Below, one piece after another: positions 9,787 through 18,618 of a DNA stretch of 36,231 nt. Both the position numbers and the translations under genes were made by a program. This stretch comes from an uncultured Myxococcales bacterium (GTDB taxonomy: Bacteria > Myxococcota_A > Bradymonadia > UBA4248): NCBI GenBank assembly GCA_946415045.1, contig CAMKRB010000003.1, positions 1-36,231 of the forward strand, read 5' to 3'. The notes under the pieces were generated by a model. That model did no database searches. It was given only the letters and a program-made list of their open reading frames with translations, and was not told where the DNA came from. Numbering within the stretch: the stretch's first letter is position 1; the number at the start of each line of letters is the position of its first letter.

Positions 9787-10348
9787 GTATACATTTCCTA
9801 CATTCTTTTTCGGACGGCTTGCGCCGTAAGCACATTTTTTCGCGGCTACGCGCCGCAGCGGGCAGGGGGTGTGCCACTGCGCACACCCCCTGCCAACCCC
9901 CGCGCAGCCGGGGGAAGCCCCCGGACCCCCTATTGGGGTTTTGAGTTCTATTCAATCCGGTTCACGCCTGTGAATCGCCATCCAGGCGAGCACAGGCGTG
10001 CGCGCCGACGTCGTGTCGGCGCGTGACAGATATCATGGCTTATCATGATGACCTTTAGTCTTTTGGTTAATGGCATATGTATGCAGGATATCATGATGAG
10101 CTTAAAACTTACCCGCCAACAGGACGTTGGCGGGCGCGTCGATGTAACGCCATGGACGGCGTTTCAGCGGCGCAATAGGAATACATAGAAAATAAGCCGG
10201 GGGGCGGGGGGCAGAGCCCCCAGACGCGCGGGGTTGCAAGGGGCGTTCGCGGAACAACGCCCCTTGCCGCCTGCGGCGCGTAGCCGCATCTATACTTGAG
10301 CTCACGGCCGCAGGCCGTCAAAAAAAACAGAATGTAGGAAATCTATAC
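9787..10348. mobile_element. 562-bp non-coding MITE/REPIN-like element with long imperfect inverted arms
   Basis: Ends GTATACATTTCCTACATTCT (9787-9806) and AGAATGTAGGAAATCTATAC (10329-10348) are a 19/20 inverted match; arms stay alignable for ~150 bp. No transposase and no clear target-site duplication. Confidence 0.65.
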
Positions 10349-10350
10349 CT

Positions 10351-12531
10351 TTACTGCATCAGTTTATTCCAGACGCTGTCGAGCGATGCCTGACTGTCGA
10401 GTGCCTGCAGATCGAATCCGACGACGGTGATCGAACCGCCTTTCGAAGTCGTCGATCTCATCGCGACCGGCATTGAAGCGAGTTTGAGAACGGTCTTCGC
10501 CCCGTTCCAGCTGTTCACACTCGACGGTCGTGTAGAACCGGAGCCGGCGGCTTTGCGTAGCCTGTAATTCTTATCCAGGTCGCCAAGCCTCCGGTCGCGG
10601 CTGACGGCCGGTTCCCCTAAGCATCCCATCAGCTTACCGGATTCCGGCGCACACGTGCTGTGCTCTTGTGTGAGCGTGTGCGCATCGACGATATTGATAA
10701 TCGTTGGAATCTCGGGAACCGGCTTAAAGTCGGTGATTTTGAGTTCTCCATTGCATACAGTCGCATGGTACAGCATGGCATCGGTCGGCGCATTGTCCTG
10801 CGTTCGAATCGTCTCCACACCCCAATCTGCACCAGCCAGCGCACCCAAAGGTCTTTCGTGCGCAATCAGATGATTGGCCGGACGCATCGCATCATCCGAC
10901 CGACATTGCGCCGCTTCGATAATGGTGAGTTTCTTCTTGCCGGGACGGTACGAATAAATCAGTGACGGCAGACTCTCCATCCCATTTTGTTTTACAGCTG
11001 TAATTCGCAGGTGCGCACCTTCATCGGGCATGACGAGTGCCGTATCTTTGGTTTCGGCAGCGACCTGCCATGTATTGCCATCAAAGCTGCGGTAAACGCG
11101 GTATCCGACGACATCCGCAACGGCATCCCACCGCGCCATCACGCGTCCATCGGTTTCCTGACGAAATGAAGCAAAGCGCGGGGTTTCAGGCATCTGGCTG
11201 CCCATGTGATTGCCAGCAAAGACGCTCAGAATGCGGTCGATCGCCTGCCGCGTCAGTTTTCGGTTGCGCATCCCGTTCACCAGCACCGAAAACGCATACG
11301 TATGGCCATCGTATTTGTTTACCAAAAAACCAGACGACGAAATCGTATCGCGCAGCGTCCCGGTTTTGGCATAGACCCGGCCTTTGCTCGAATCCCCGGC
11401 CATGCGGCCGCCATAAGTGCCGTCATATCCGGAAATCGACAACGAAGCTGCCCACTCGCGTCCATACGGCGACTTGAGCATGTGTGCAACCAGCGACGTA
11501 AAAAATGCAGCACTCATGCGGTTTTCGTGCGACAATCCCGAACCATCGTTCTGCCGAAACCCTTTGATATTCAGGTGATTCTTTTCGAGCCATTCTGAAA
11601 TGGCTTTTGTGCCTGCTGCATACGTGCTTTTTCCGTAGACTTTTGCGCCCATCGCCATTGCAAGCATATCGGCATATTCGTTATGGCTCGCCCGATTCAG
11701 CGGTACAATGGCTTCCGAAAGCATTGGCGAAAGCCAGGTCGCTACCGGTGTGCCGCTGCGTTTGGCAGTCTGTGATACTTCAAATTTACCATGCTGAACA
11801 TGCTGCTGCGAAAGCAGCGTCTCGAAATTCTTTGCCACTCGCCGTAAATGCGCCGCTGAATCAAGCGTATTCGTCGGCTGCCCGCCAAATACGACGTATC
11901 CGGAAACGATGACTTTGCCGTTAATTTTGTTGATTCCGGCCGCCTTGAGCTGCTGAATGAGCCCGCGCATCGGCACATCGCCCGCTTCATAAAACCGCAC
12001 AGACCAGGTAAAATCGTGGTCGATATACAGCTGAAGATTCCCGTTCAGAACGCCTTTATCGATCTTGCCCTGCGCCAGCAGTTCCGTCTTGAACTGGTAA
12101 TCGGGCCCCAGAATGCCCATCGCAGCAGCAGTCGTAACGAGCTTGGTATTCGACGCCGGTTTGAGCAGCTTGTCTTCGTCATGCGCATAAATCACCGAGC
12201 CGCTGTCCAGATCGACGATTTGCACCCCCACCGTCGAATTTCGAATGGCATTAAGCTTGTAAAGCGAAGCCACGCGATTGGCCAGTTCCTTGCGCGTCGA
12301 TTTGGAAATGTAGGCCGGAGCAGGCAGCTGAATATCCGAAACCGGCAGCTTCTGATCTGCTTTTACCGATTCCTTTGCAGTTTCGGGCGCAGCTTTTGGC
12401 ACAGCCGCATCGACAGCCGCATTCGCCTGCCGGCCATCAATGGTGCGCAGTTTCGGTGCATCCTGTGCCCAGGCCGGGTAACACCCCATGCCAAATAACA
12501 TCCCAATTGTAAACCAAAGCTTCCCTGCCAT
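10351..12531 (-). CDS. dacB: DacB/PBP4-family (peptidase S13) D-Ala-D-Ala carboxy/endopeptidase with C-terminal extension
   Basis: Signal peptide; PASNTK (SxxK), SHN (SxN), DGSGLS, AKTGTL; then an FN3-like segment (RWDAV...GYRVYRS) and an unrecognised C-terminal region. Start uncertain. Confidence 0.88.
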   Translation of the reverse strand: MAGKLWFTIGMLFGMGCYPAWAQDAPKLRTIDGRQANAAVDAAVPKAAPETAKESVKADQKLPVSDIQLPAPAYISKSTRKELANRVASLYKLNAIRNSTVGVQIVDLDSGSVIYAHDEDKLLKPASNTKLVTTAAAMGILGPDYQFKTELLAQGKIDKGVLNGNLQLYIDHDFTWSVRFYEAGDVPMRGLIQQLKAAGINKINGKVIVSGYVVFGGQPTNTLDSAAHLRRVAKNFETLLSQQHVQHGKFEVSQTAKRSGTPVATWLSPMLSEAIVPLNRASHNEYADMLAMAMGAKVYGKSTYAAGTKAISEWLEKNHLNIKGFRQNDGSGLSHENRMSAAFFTSLVAHMLKSPYGREWAASLSISGYDGTYGGRMAGDSSKGRVYAKTGTLRDTISSSGFLVNKYDGHTYAFSVLVNGMRNRKLTRQAIDRILSVFAGNHMGSQMPETPRFASFRQETDGRVMARWDAVADVVGYRVYRSFDGNTWQVAAETKDTALVMPDEGAHLRITAVKQNGMESLPSLIYSYRPGKKKLTIIEAAQCRSDDAMRPANHLIAHERPLGALAGADWGVETIRTQDNAPTDAMLYHATVCNGELKITDFKPVPEIPTIINIVDAHTLTQEHSTCAPESGKLMGCLGEPAVSRDRRLGDLDKNYRLRKAAGSGSTRPSSVNSWNGAKTVLKLASMPVAMRSTTSKGGSITVVGFDLQALDSQASLDSVWNKLMQ

Positions 12532-12628
12532 ATCCAATGTCCTGTGGTTGTGATGCGGATTCGTCCATCGATCATCCGCAAACATACTTAATACGATTTC
12601 ACCGGATAGCAATTATTTGACCTGATGG

Positions 12629-12686
12629 AGGGGGCCAAGCCCCCTACGCGTCTATTGGGGCTGCGCCCCAATACGCCGCTACCCCC
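12629..12686 (-). repeat. Inverted copy of the 3173-3228 hairpin module
   Basis: Reverse complement GGGGGTAGCGGCGTATTGGGGCGCAGCCCCAATAGACGCGTAGGGGGCTTGGCCCCCT aligns with GGGGGCAGCGGCGTATTGGCGCAGCCAATAGCCGCGCAGGGGGCGGTGCCCCCT. Confidence 0.85.
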
Positions 12687-12834
12687 GCAGTCTGCAGAGG
12701 AACGCCGGTTGTTTGACAATGATAAAATACCTCCATAAACCTACATGGTATTCCAATTTGTATAATTCCTGTGGTATATAGATAAATTGGCGATTTTTGC
12801 GCCGATATAAAAGCAATTGTTCATGGAGAAATCG

Positions 12835-14907
12835 ATGGAAAAAAGGCGTCTGTTGATAACGAGTGGTCTTCCGTATGCAAATGGTCCCATTCATCTCGGC
12901 CACATGGTCGAGACGATTCAAACCGATATTTTTGCGCGAGCAATGCGCATGATGGGTCACGAAGCCCTGTATATGTGCGGTGATGATACGCATGGAACGC
13001 CGATCGAAATCAGCGCAACGAAACGCGGAATCGCCCCCGAAGACCTCATCAAAGAGACGTATGCAAGCCATACAGCTGATTTTAAGGGCTTCGACATTGC
13101 CTTTACGAATTACTACACCACGCACAGCGCAGAAAACAAAGCCCTGGCTTATGATATCTTTGAAAAGATGCAGGCTGCAGGACTTGTGCGCGTAGAAAAA
13201 ATCAAACAGCTCTACAGCGAATCGCTGAACCGTTTCCTGCCCGATCGCTATGTAAAAGGCAAATGCCCCAAGTGCGGCGCAGAAGATCAGTACGGCGATG
13301 TCTGCGAAGTCTGCAAAGACCGATACGATGCCATCGATCTGGTCGAGCCCAAATGCGTGTTGGATGGCTCAACACCAGTCATCCGCGAGTCCCAGCATCT
13401 GTTCATTTCGCTGAGTGAACTCGCCGACTTTTTGCGCGATTTCGCGAAATCCGATGCGCTGTCATCCGAAGTCGAAAACTTCGTGATGACCTGGATCGAA
13501 GAAGGCCTCAAGGACTGGAACATTTCGCGGGATAAACCCTATTTTGGCTTTGAGATTCCTGGTTATCCCGACAAATATTTCTATGTCTGGATGGATGCAC
13601 CGATTGGCTATATGGCTTCAACCATGGCCTGGTGCAAAGCCAATAACAAATCATTCGATGATTACTGGAAAAACGACAAAACCGAGATCTGGCATTTCAT
13701 TGGCAAGGATATCATCTATTTCCACACGCTGTTCTGGCCTGCGATGCTCAAAGTCGCTGGCTATGCGCTGCCCAAACGCGTGCATGCGCACGGCTTCCTC
13801 ACCGTCAACGGCACCAAGATGAGCAAGTCGCGAGGAACGTTTATTCTGGCGTCCAAATATCTCAAAACGCTGCCTGCGGCTTATTTGCGGTTTTATTTTG
13901 CAGCCAAGCTCTCAACCGGTGTCGACGATATCGATCTGAACATCGAAGATTTCTATTTCCGCGTGCGATCCGGTCTCATCGACAACCTCGCCAATCTGCA
14001 CAACCGCTCGTTCTCATTTGCCGAAACCAAATTGGACGGCAAATTGTCGGCTGCGCGTTTTGACGATGACTGCCGCAAGCTGATTGGCGATACCAAAGCA
14101 CGTCTGGCCGAAATCTGCAAAGCCTACGAAAATGTCGATCTCGCAGCTGCCATCAAAGCCATTTGCGAAATTGGCAATGCAGCCAATCTGTTCTATCAGA
14201 ATCAGGCCCCGTGGAGCTATCTGAAAGGCGAAAACGCCGATATCGAAAAAGCACGTGCCATTGTAACGGCATGCGCCGAAGTCGTTCGCCTGATTGCCAT
14301 CGCCATCAAACCGGTGGTGCCCGATTTTGCCGAAAAGATCTTTGCACAGCTCAATCTGCCCGACCAGAATCTTGCCGATATCGACAACTGCCTGGGCGAC
14401 GGCAATGTGATTTCACATGTCGAAAAGACCTATATCCGCCCCGAACGCGAAACATTTGATGCGCTCACAGTTCCAGACGAAACCGAAGCTGCAGCAGCTG
14501 CAGCGGCAGCCAAAGTGCTGCCTGGCGAGGAAAAAGTAGAAGAACACAAAGTCGCCGAAATCGTGCGCGAACCGCTCAAGCCGCTCATCGATTTTGAGGA
14601 TTTTGAAAAACTCGATATCCGCGTTGGCAAAGTGCTGGCCTGCGAACGCGTGAAGAAATCGAACAAACTGCTGTGCAGCCAAATCGAGATCGGACATCCG
14701 GACGGCCCGGTTCAAATCGTATCGGGCATTTCGAAGTATTATGAGCCCGAATCGATGGTCGGACGCACTGTGCTCGTCGTCACCAACCTCAAGCCCCGCG
14801 AGATGTTCGGTCTGAAATCGTGCGGTATGGTGCTGGCAGCAAGCGATGATGCAGGTCTGGAGCTTCCGGGAACGATTCTGCGTGCCCCGGGTGCCAAGGT
14901 GAAATAG
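12835..14907 (+). CDS. metG: Methionine--tRNA ligase with C-terminal tRNA-binding domain
   Basis: ITSGLPYANGPIHLGH, DDTHGTPI, Zn knuckles CPKC/CEVC, FYVWMDAPIGY, FIGKDI, KMSKSRG, C-terminal LDIRVG...VVTNLKPR...S.GMVLAA. Confidence 0.98.
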   Translation: MEKRRLLITSGLPYANGPIHLGHMVETIQTDIFARAMRMMGHEALYMCGDDTHGTPIEISATKRGIAPEDLIKETYASHTADFKGFDIAFTNYYTTHSAENKALAYDIFEKMQAAGLVRVEKIKQLYSESLNRFLPDRYVKGKCPKCGAEDQYGDVCEVCKDRYDAIDLVEPKCVLDGSTPVIRESQHLFISLSELADFLRDFAKSDALSSEVENFVMTWIEEGLKDWNISRDKPYFGFEIPGYPDKYFYVWMDAPIGYMASTMAWCKANNKSFDDYWKNDKTEIWHFIGKDIIYFHTLFWPAMLKVAGYALPKRVHAHGFLTVNGTKMSKSRGTFILASKYLKTLPAAYLRFYFAAKLSTGVDDIDLNIEDFYFRVRSGLIDNLANLHNRSFSFAETKLDGKLSAARFDDDCRKLIGDTKARLAEICKAYENVDLAAAIKAICEIGNAANLFYQNQAPWSYLKGENADIEKARAIVTACAEVVRLIAIAIKPVVPDFAEKIFAQLNLPDQNLADIDNCLGDGNVISHVEKTYIRPERETFDALTVPDETEAAAAAAAAKVLPGEEKVEEHKVAEIVREPLKPLIDFEDFEKLDIRVGKVLACERVKKSNKLLCSQIEIGHPDGPVQIVSGISKYYEPESMVGRTVLVVTNLKPREMFGLKSCGMVLAASDDAGLELPGTILRAPGAKVK

Positions 14908-14942
14908 TTCTTGGGGCTCTGCCCCAGACTGTGGCTATGGAT

Positions 14943-15131
14943 GCCTTATGGCTTATGCCTTATGGCTTAGGGCTTAGGGCTTGTGGCTTATGGCTTATGG
15001 CTTATGGCTTGTAGCTTATGGCTTATGGCTTATGGCTTATGGCTTGTAGCTTAGGGCTTATGGCTTATGGCTTATGGCTTGTAGCTTAGGGCTGAGGGCT
15101 TGTGGCTTATGGCTTAGGGCTCATAGCTTGT
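14943..15131. repeat. Tandem heptamer array, 27 units, consensus GGCTTAT
   Basis: 189 bp parse exactly into 27 heptamers (GGCTTAT, GGCTTAG, GGCTTGT, AGCTTAK, GCCTTAT variants); preceded by hairpin TGGGGC-TCT-GCCCCA (14912-14926). Confidence 0.95.
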
Positions 15132-15161
15132 GGCATCAATTCTCCCAAAGTCCGTAGGACT

Positions 15162-15340
15162 TTCATATGAATAGCCCCCGGCAACGCCGGGGGGTAAAGG
15201 ATATCCCAAACACCCCGAACCCCGTAGGGGTTCAATATGACAAAGCGCATGATTGGTGGAACCCCTACGGGGTTCGTCCTTAATCATTCGCCCATCCCCC
15301 GGTAGTCGCTATGCTCCAACCGGGGGCTGCTGATATGGAA
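15162..15340. repeat. Nested palindromic REP/REPIN-like element
   Basis: CGAACCCCGTAGGGGTTC (15216-15233) and its exact reverse complement (15259-15276); outer imperfect arms TTCATATGAATAGCCCCCGG and CCGGGGGCTGCTGATATGGAA. Confidence 0.8.
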
Positions 15341-15387
15341 CGCCACACGGGGCATATCGAATTCTTTCCTTAATATGCTGTAACCTC

Positions 15388-15942
15388 ATGCCATACCGAG
15401 TCACGCTCAAAAATCCATCCTTCGAGGATTATGCGCATTTTTATGATCTTCGGTTTAAACCCAACGTCGTGTATTGGGCCGATGATTATCCACGCCAGAT
15501 GTCGCTGGATGAGTATGCAATGGATCGCCTGCTGGCCCAGCAAAATGGCCAGATCCTTGAGCGCATCATCGTGGTGAACGGTGAGCCGGTCGGGACGATT
15601 ACGGCGAGGGATTTTATCGAGCAGACCTGCCAGTGTACGCTGGGGATCGTGATCGCGGATGAGCATTACTGGGGCCGTGGCATCGGTTCCCAGGCTTTGA
15701 AATTATTTTTGCGTCTGCTGTCTGTCGAAGGCTTCGGACTTGTCGTCCTTGAAACTTATGCCAACAACAAACGGGCACAGCGCTGTTTTATAAAAATGGG
15801 ATTCCAGAAACGCAGGGTCTTTTTTGCACCGCAGGCGGGACGATTCGTCGTCCAGATGCTGCGACGCTTAACGCCAAACGAAACGATTGGCAAAACTATT
15901 GCTTATGGCGATCCGCGCTGGAAAGCCCCCAAAAACAAATAA
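15388..15942 (+). CDS. GNAT N-acetyltransferase, RimJ/RimL-like
   Basis: LGIVIA...YWGRGIG acetyl-CoA motif; L.T...N.RA.RCF.KMGF. Confidence 0.85.
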   Translation: MPYRVTLKNPSFEDYAHFYDLRFKPNVVYWADDYPRQMSLDEYAMDRLLAQQNGQILERIIVVNGEPVGTITARDFIEQTCQCTLGIVIADEHYWGRGIGSQALKLFLRLLSVEGFGLVVLETYANNKRAQRCFIKMGFQKRRVFFAPQAGRFVVQMLRRLTPNETIGKTIAYGDPRWKAPKNK

Positions 15943-15955
15943 ATCAGGAGAAACA

Positions 15956-18220
15956 ATGAGATCAGGAAAAATTGTCATTGCAGCAGTTCTGCTTGCATTA
16001 GGTTTGAATGGATGTGATTTGGTGAGTGGATTAATGGGTAAGGATAAAGAAAACATTGATAATCAGGCAATTGCAAACGAAGCTGTGATGTCGCGATTTC
16101 TTGCGGATGTTGTCGCATCGGCTGCCAATGTTCAAAAACCGGATTTGTCACAGCTCAACCGCAACGACTTTAATCTTGCAGCAGTCAGACTGAATTTGCC
16201 CATTTTCTGGACATTCGAAGAAACCCCAAGCAAAGAAGTCACCCCAGCCAATCTGGTTTCGTTGAATTTTTATCCGACCTCCGATTCGTTCGTCTGGAAA
16301 GACGAAAAGGGTGAATTTACAAAAGATTTTTACCTGGCCTACAACCAGATGGTTGCAGTGATGAAGGATTCTGCGTTTTCTGCAGTTTCAAACAAGGATA
16401 GTCTGTTGTATTTGCAGTGGTGCGGCCAGAATCTGGACAGCGTGATTGAAGGTCTGAAAGATCCCCAATCGAGCATTGATGACAAAGCCGACTGGGAAGC
16501 TATGAAGCAAAAAATCGCCGAGCATATATCGGCCGAGATCAAAAAAGCCCAGGTGGATGATGCTGAGAAACAGCGGCTTTCGAAAGTCGCGGAAGAGCTC
16601 GACCAGGGTGCCGTCACACTGGTTGCATCAGACTTTAGCAAAAGCGACGAAAAGGAACGTGCATTTGTCGAAGCGATGCTCAAAGTGGGCGCTTTGATTG
16701 ATAACCTGTATGCGCGTCAGGTGGGTATCGACAAGATTCTGGACAAGGTGCCGGCATCGGATGTGTTATCGCGCAGCATGATACGCCGCAACTGGGGCGT
16801 GGATCCGCAGAGTCCCAAAATGAAGGACGACAGCGCAGCCCGTGCCATCGCCGGTTCCGACAGAGTGCCCGTTGGCGTCTATCCCGCAGAATTGCAGACG
16901 AACCCCAACTTCTGTGCAGAACTCGATGCGCGCAAGGATGCGGCCACACTGCTCGACCATTTCTCGGTCGTGGTCAAGGACGGCGACGATCTCAAGCCCG
17001 TGCCCTATAACGAATTCTTTAAAGATGAGATGACAGCCGTGAGCGACGCGCTCAAGGAGGCAGCAGCAGCACTGGATGGCAATGAAAAGGAAGCCGCACT
17101 GAAGAAATATCTCGAAGCTGCATCCAATTCGTTTTTGACGAACGACTGGGAACCCGCCAACGAAGCGTGGGCCGCAATGAATTCGACGAATTCCGCATGG
17201 TATGTGCGTGTCGCCCCCGATGAAACCTATTGGGAACCCTGTTCACATCACGCCGGATTCCACCTCACTTTTGCCCGCATCAATCCCGATGCATTGGAAT
17301 GGCAGAACAAACTGAATCCGCTGCAGCAGGACATGGAAAAGCAAATCGCAGGCATCGCAGGGAAACCCTATAAGGCCCGCAAGGTCAGCTTCCATCTGCC
17401 CGACTTTATCGATATCGTCACGAACAGCGGTGATGACCGCGATCCCTTTGGTGCCACCATCGGTCAGTCGCTGCCCAATTGGGGTCCTGTGGCGAACGAA
17501 GGCCGCGGACGTACGGTCGCCATGAGCAACCTCTATACCGATCCCGACAGCCTGCGCAACCGCAAAACCCTCGCCTCGTCCCTGTTTACCGAGAAAGATC
17601 TGGCTCTGCTCGGCGACGGCGTCGTTCCCGGTCTGCTTTCGACCATCCTTCACGAAGCCGCCCACAACCTTGGCCCCGCACACGAATACACCGTCAAGGG
17701 CAAGAAAGACAAAGAGATCTACGGCGGTGCGCTCGCTTCAATGGCTGAAGAGCTCAAGGCGCAGACTGCGGCACTCTGGTTCATCCCCTATCTGCTCAAA
17801 AAAGGCGTCATCGATCAGGCATTGGCCGATAAAACCTACGCCGATTCGATTTATTGGACATTTGGCCACATCTCGCGCGGCATGACCACCGGTGACGGCG
17901 TTATCCAGCCCTATTCGCAGCTGTCGGCCATACAACTGGGCATGATGCTCGAAGATGGCGCAGTCACTTTCGATGCCGATGCAACCGCAGCAAACGGCAC
18001 CGATAAAGGCGCTTTTGTACTCCACCTCGAAAAAATGCCCAAAACAGCCGAACGCATGATGAAAGCCATCGCGCAGAGCAAAGCCAAAGGCGACAAACAG
18101 GCACTGGTCGATCTGCAGAAAAAATACGTCGAAGGCACCATCGTTCCGTTCGATATCATTCGTGAACGCATGCTGCGTCTGCCCAAAACCAGCTTTGTGT
18201 ATAGCGTGAAAACCAAGTAA
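15956..18220 (+). CDS. Lipoprotein zinc metallopeptidase, M49/DPP III-like with HExxH
   Basis: AGGAG RBS; lipobox LNGC; VPYNEFF, KYLEA.S.SFLTND, SLPN, ILHEAAHNLGP, AEELKA. Confidence 0.78.
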   Translation: MRSGKIVIAAVLLALGLNGCDLVSGLMGKDKENIDNQAIANEAVMSRFLADVVASAANVQKPDLSQLNRNDFNLAAVRLNLPIFWTFEETPSKEVTPANLVSLNFYPTSDSFVWKDEKGEFTKDFYLAYNQMVAVMKDSAFSAVSNKDSLLYLQWCGQNLDSVIEGLKDPQSSIDDKADWEAMKQKIAEHISAEIKKAQVDDAEKQRLSKVAEELDQGAVTLVASDFSKSDEKERAFVEAMLKVGALIDNLYARQVGIDKILDKVPASDVLSRSMIRRNWGVDPQSPKMKDDSAARAIAGSDRVPVGVYPAELQTNPNFCAELDARKDAATLLDHFSVVVKDGDDLKPVPYNEFFKDEMTAVSDALKEAAAALDGNEKEAALKKYLEAASNSFLTNDWEPANEAWAAMNSTNSAWYVRVAPDETYWEPCSHHAGFHLTFARINPDALEWQNKLNPLQQDMEKQIAGIAGKPYKARKVSFHLPDFIDIVTNSGDDRDPFGATIGQSLPNWGPVANEGRGRTVAMSNLYTDPDSLRNRKTLASSLFTEKDLALLGDGVVPGLLSTILHEAAHNLGPAHEYTVKGKKDKEIYGGALASMAEELKAQTAALWFIPYLLKKGVIDQALADKTYADSIYWTFGHISRGMTTGDGVIQPYSQLSAIQLGMMLEDGAVTFDADATAANGTDKGAFVLHLEKMPKTAERMMKAIAQSKAKGDKQALVDLQKKYVEGTIVPFDIIRERMLRLPKTSFVYSVKTK

Positions 18221-18297
18221 AGACGTTTTAAACGTCTCCGCCACTGCAGGGTGATCCCTGCCGTGGCGTATCGGCGCCATGCGACGATAGCCACGGC
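18217..18297. repeat. REP-like palindrome overlapping the stop codon, plus a bulged hairpin
   Basis: GTAAAGACGTTTTAAACGTCT from 18217; GCCGTGGCGTATCG...CGATAGCCACGGC at 18260-18297. Confidence 0.75.
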
Positions 18298-18500
18298 GGC
18301 GGCCGTGCAAGGCAGGCCGCCCACCATACAAAAAGCCCCCCTCTGTCAGCACCGCAAACCGTTTGTTTTATTCGCGATAAATAAGGTTTCATGCGGCCAA
18401 AAGACGCATGAATTTATTTCAAAATTGGTGCTGAATTTTAAATTTTGAACACTAAGAGTTCAAAAAAGTGAGTTCTTTTTGCATAAAATTACATAACTGC

Positions 18501-18529
18501 TTGACAAACAGCTTTAGCGACCATATAAG
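18501..18529 (+). promoter_or_regulatory. Sigma70-type promoter for the outer-membrane protein gene
   Basis: TTGACA (18501-18506), 17 bp, TATAAG (18524-18529); AT-rich tract upstream. Confidence 0.65.
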
Positions 18530-18618
18530 ACGACATTGGCCTACATTGCAACAGGTGGATGCGATGGGACATGAGATAACGATCAACATAACGTTGCACT
18601 TGATAAGGATATTCCACT

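Noticed and set aside
10102-10321. Short ORFs inside the 562-bp element
   Set aside because: They are translations of GC-rich hairpins, with no transposase motif.
14488-14511. Poly-Ala run in MetG
   Set aside because: Ordinary low-complexity linker before the C-terminal tRNA-binding domain.
14943-15131. CRISPR array or telomere-like repeat
   Set aside because: Contiguous 7-mers with no unique spacers and no cas genes; the TTAGGG matches are incidental variants.
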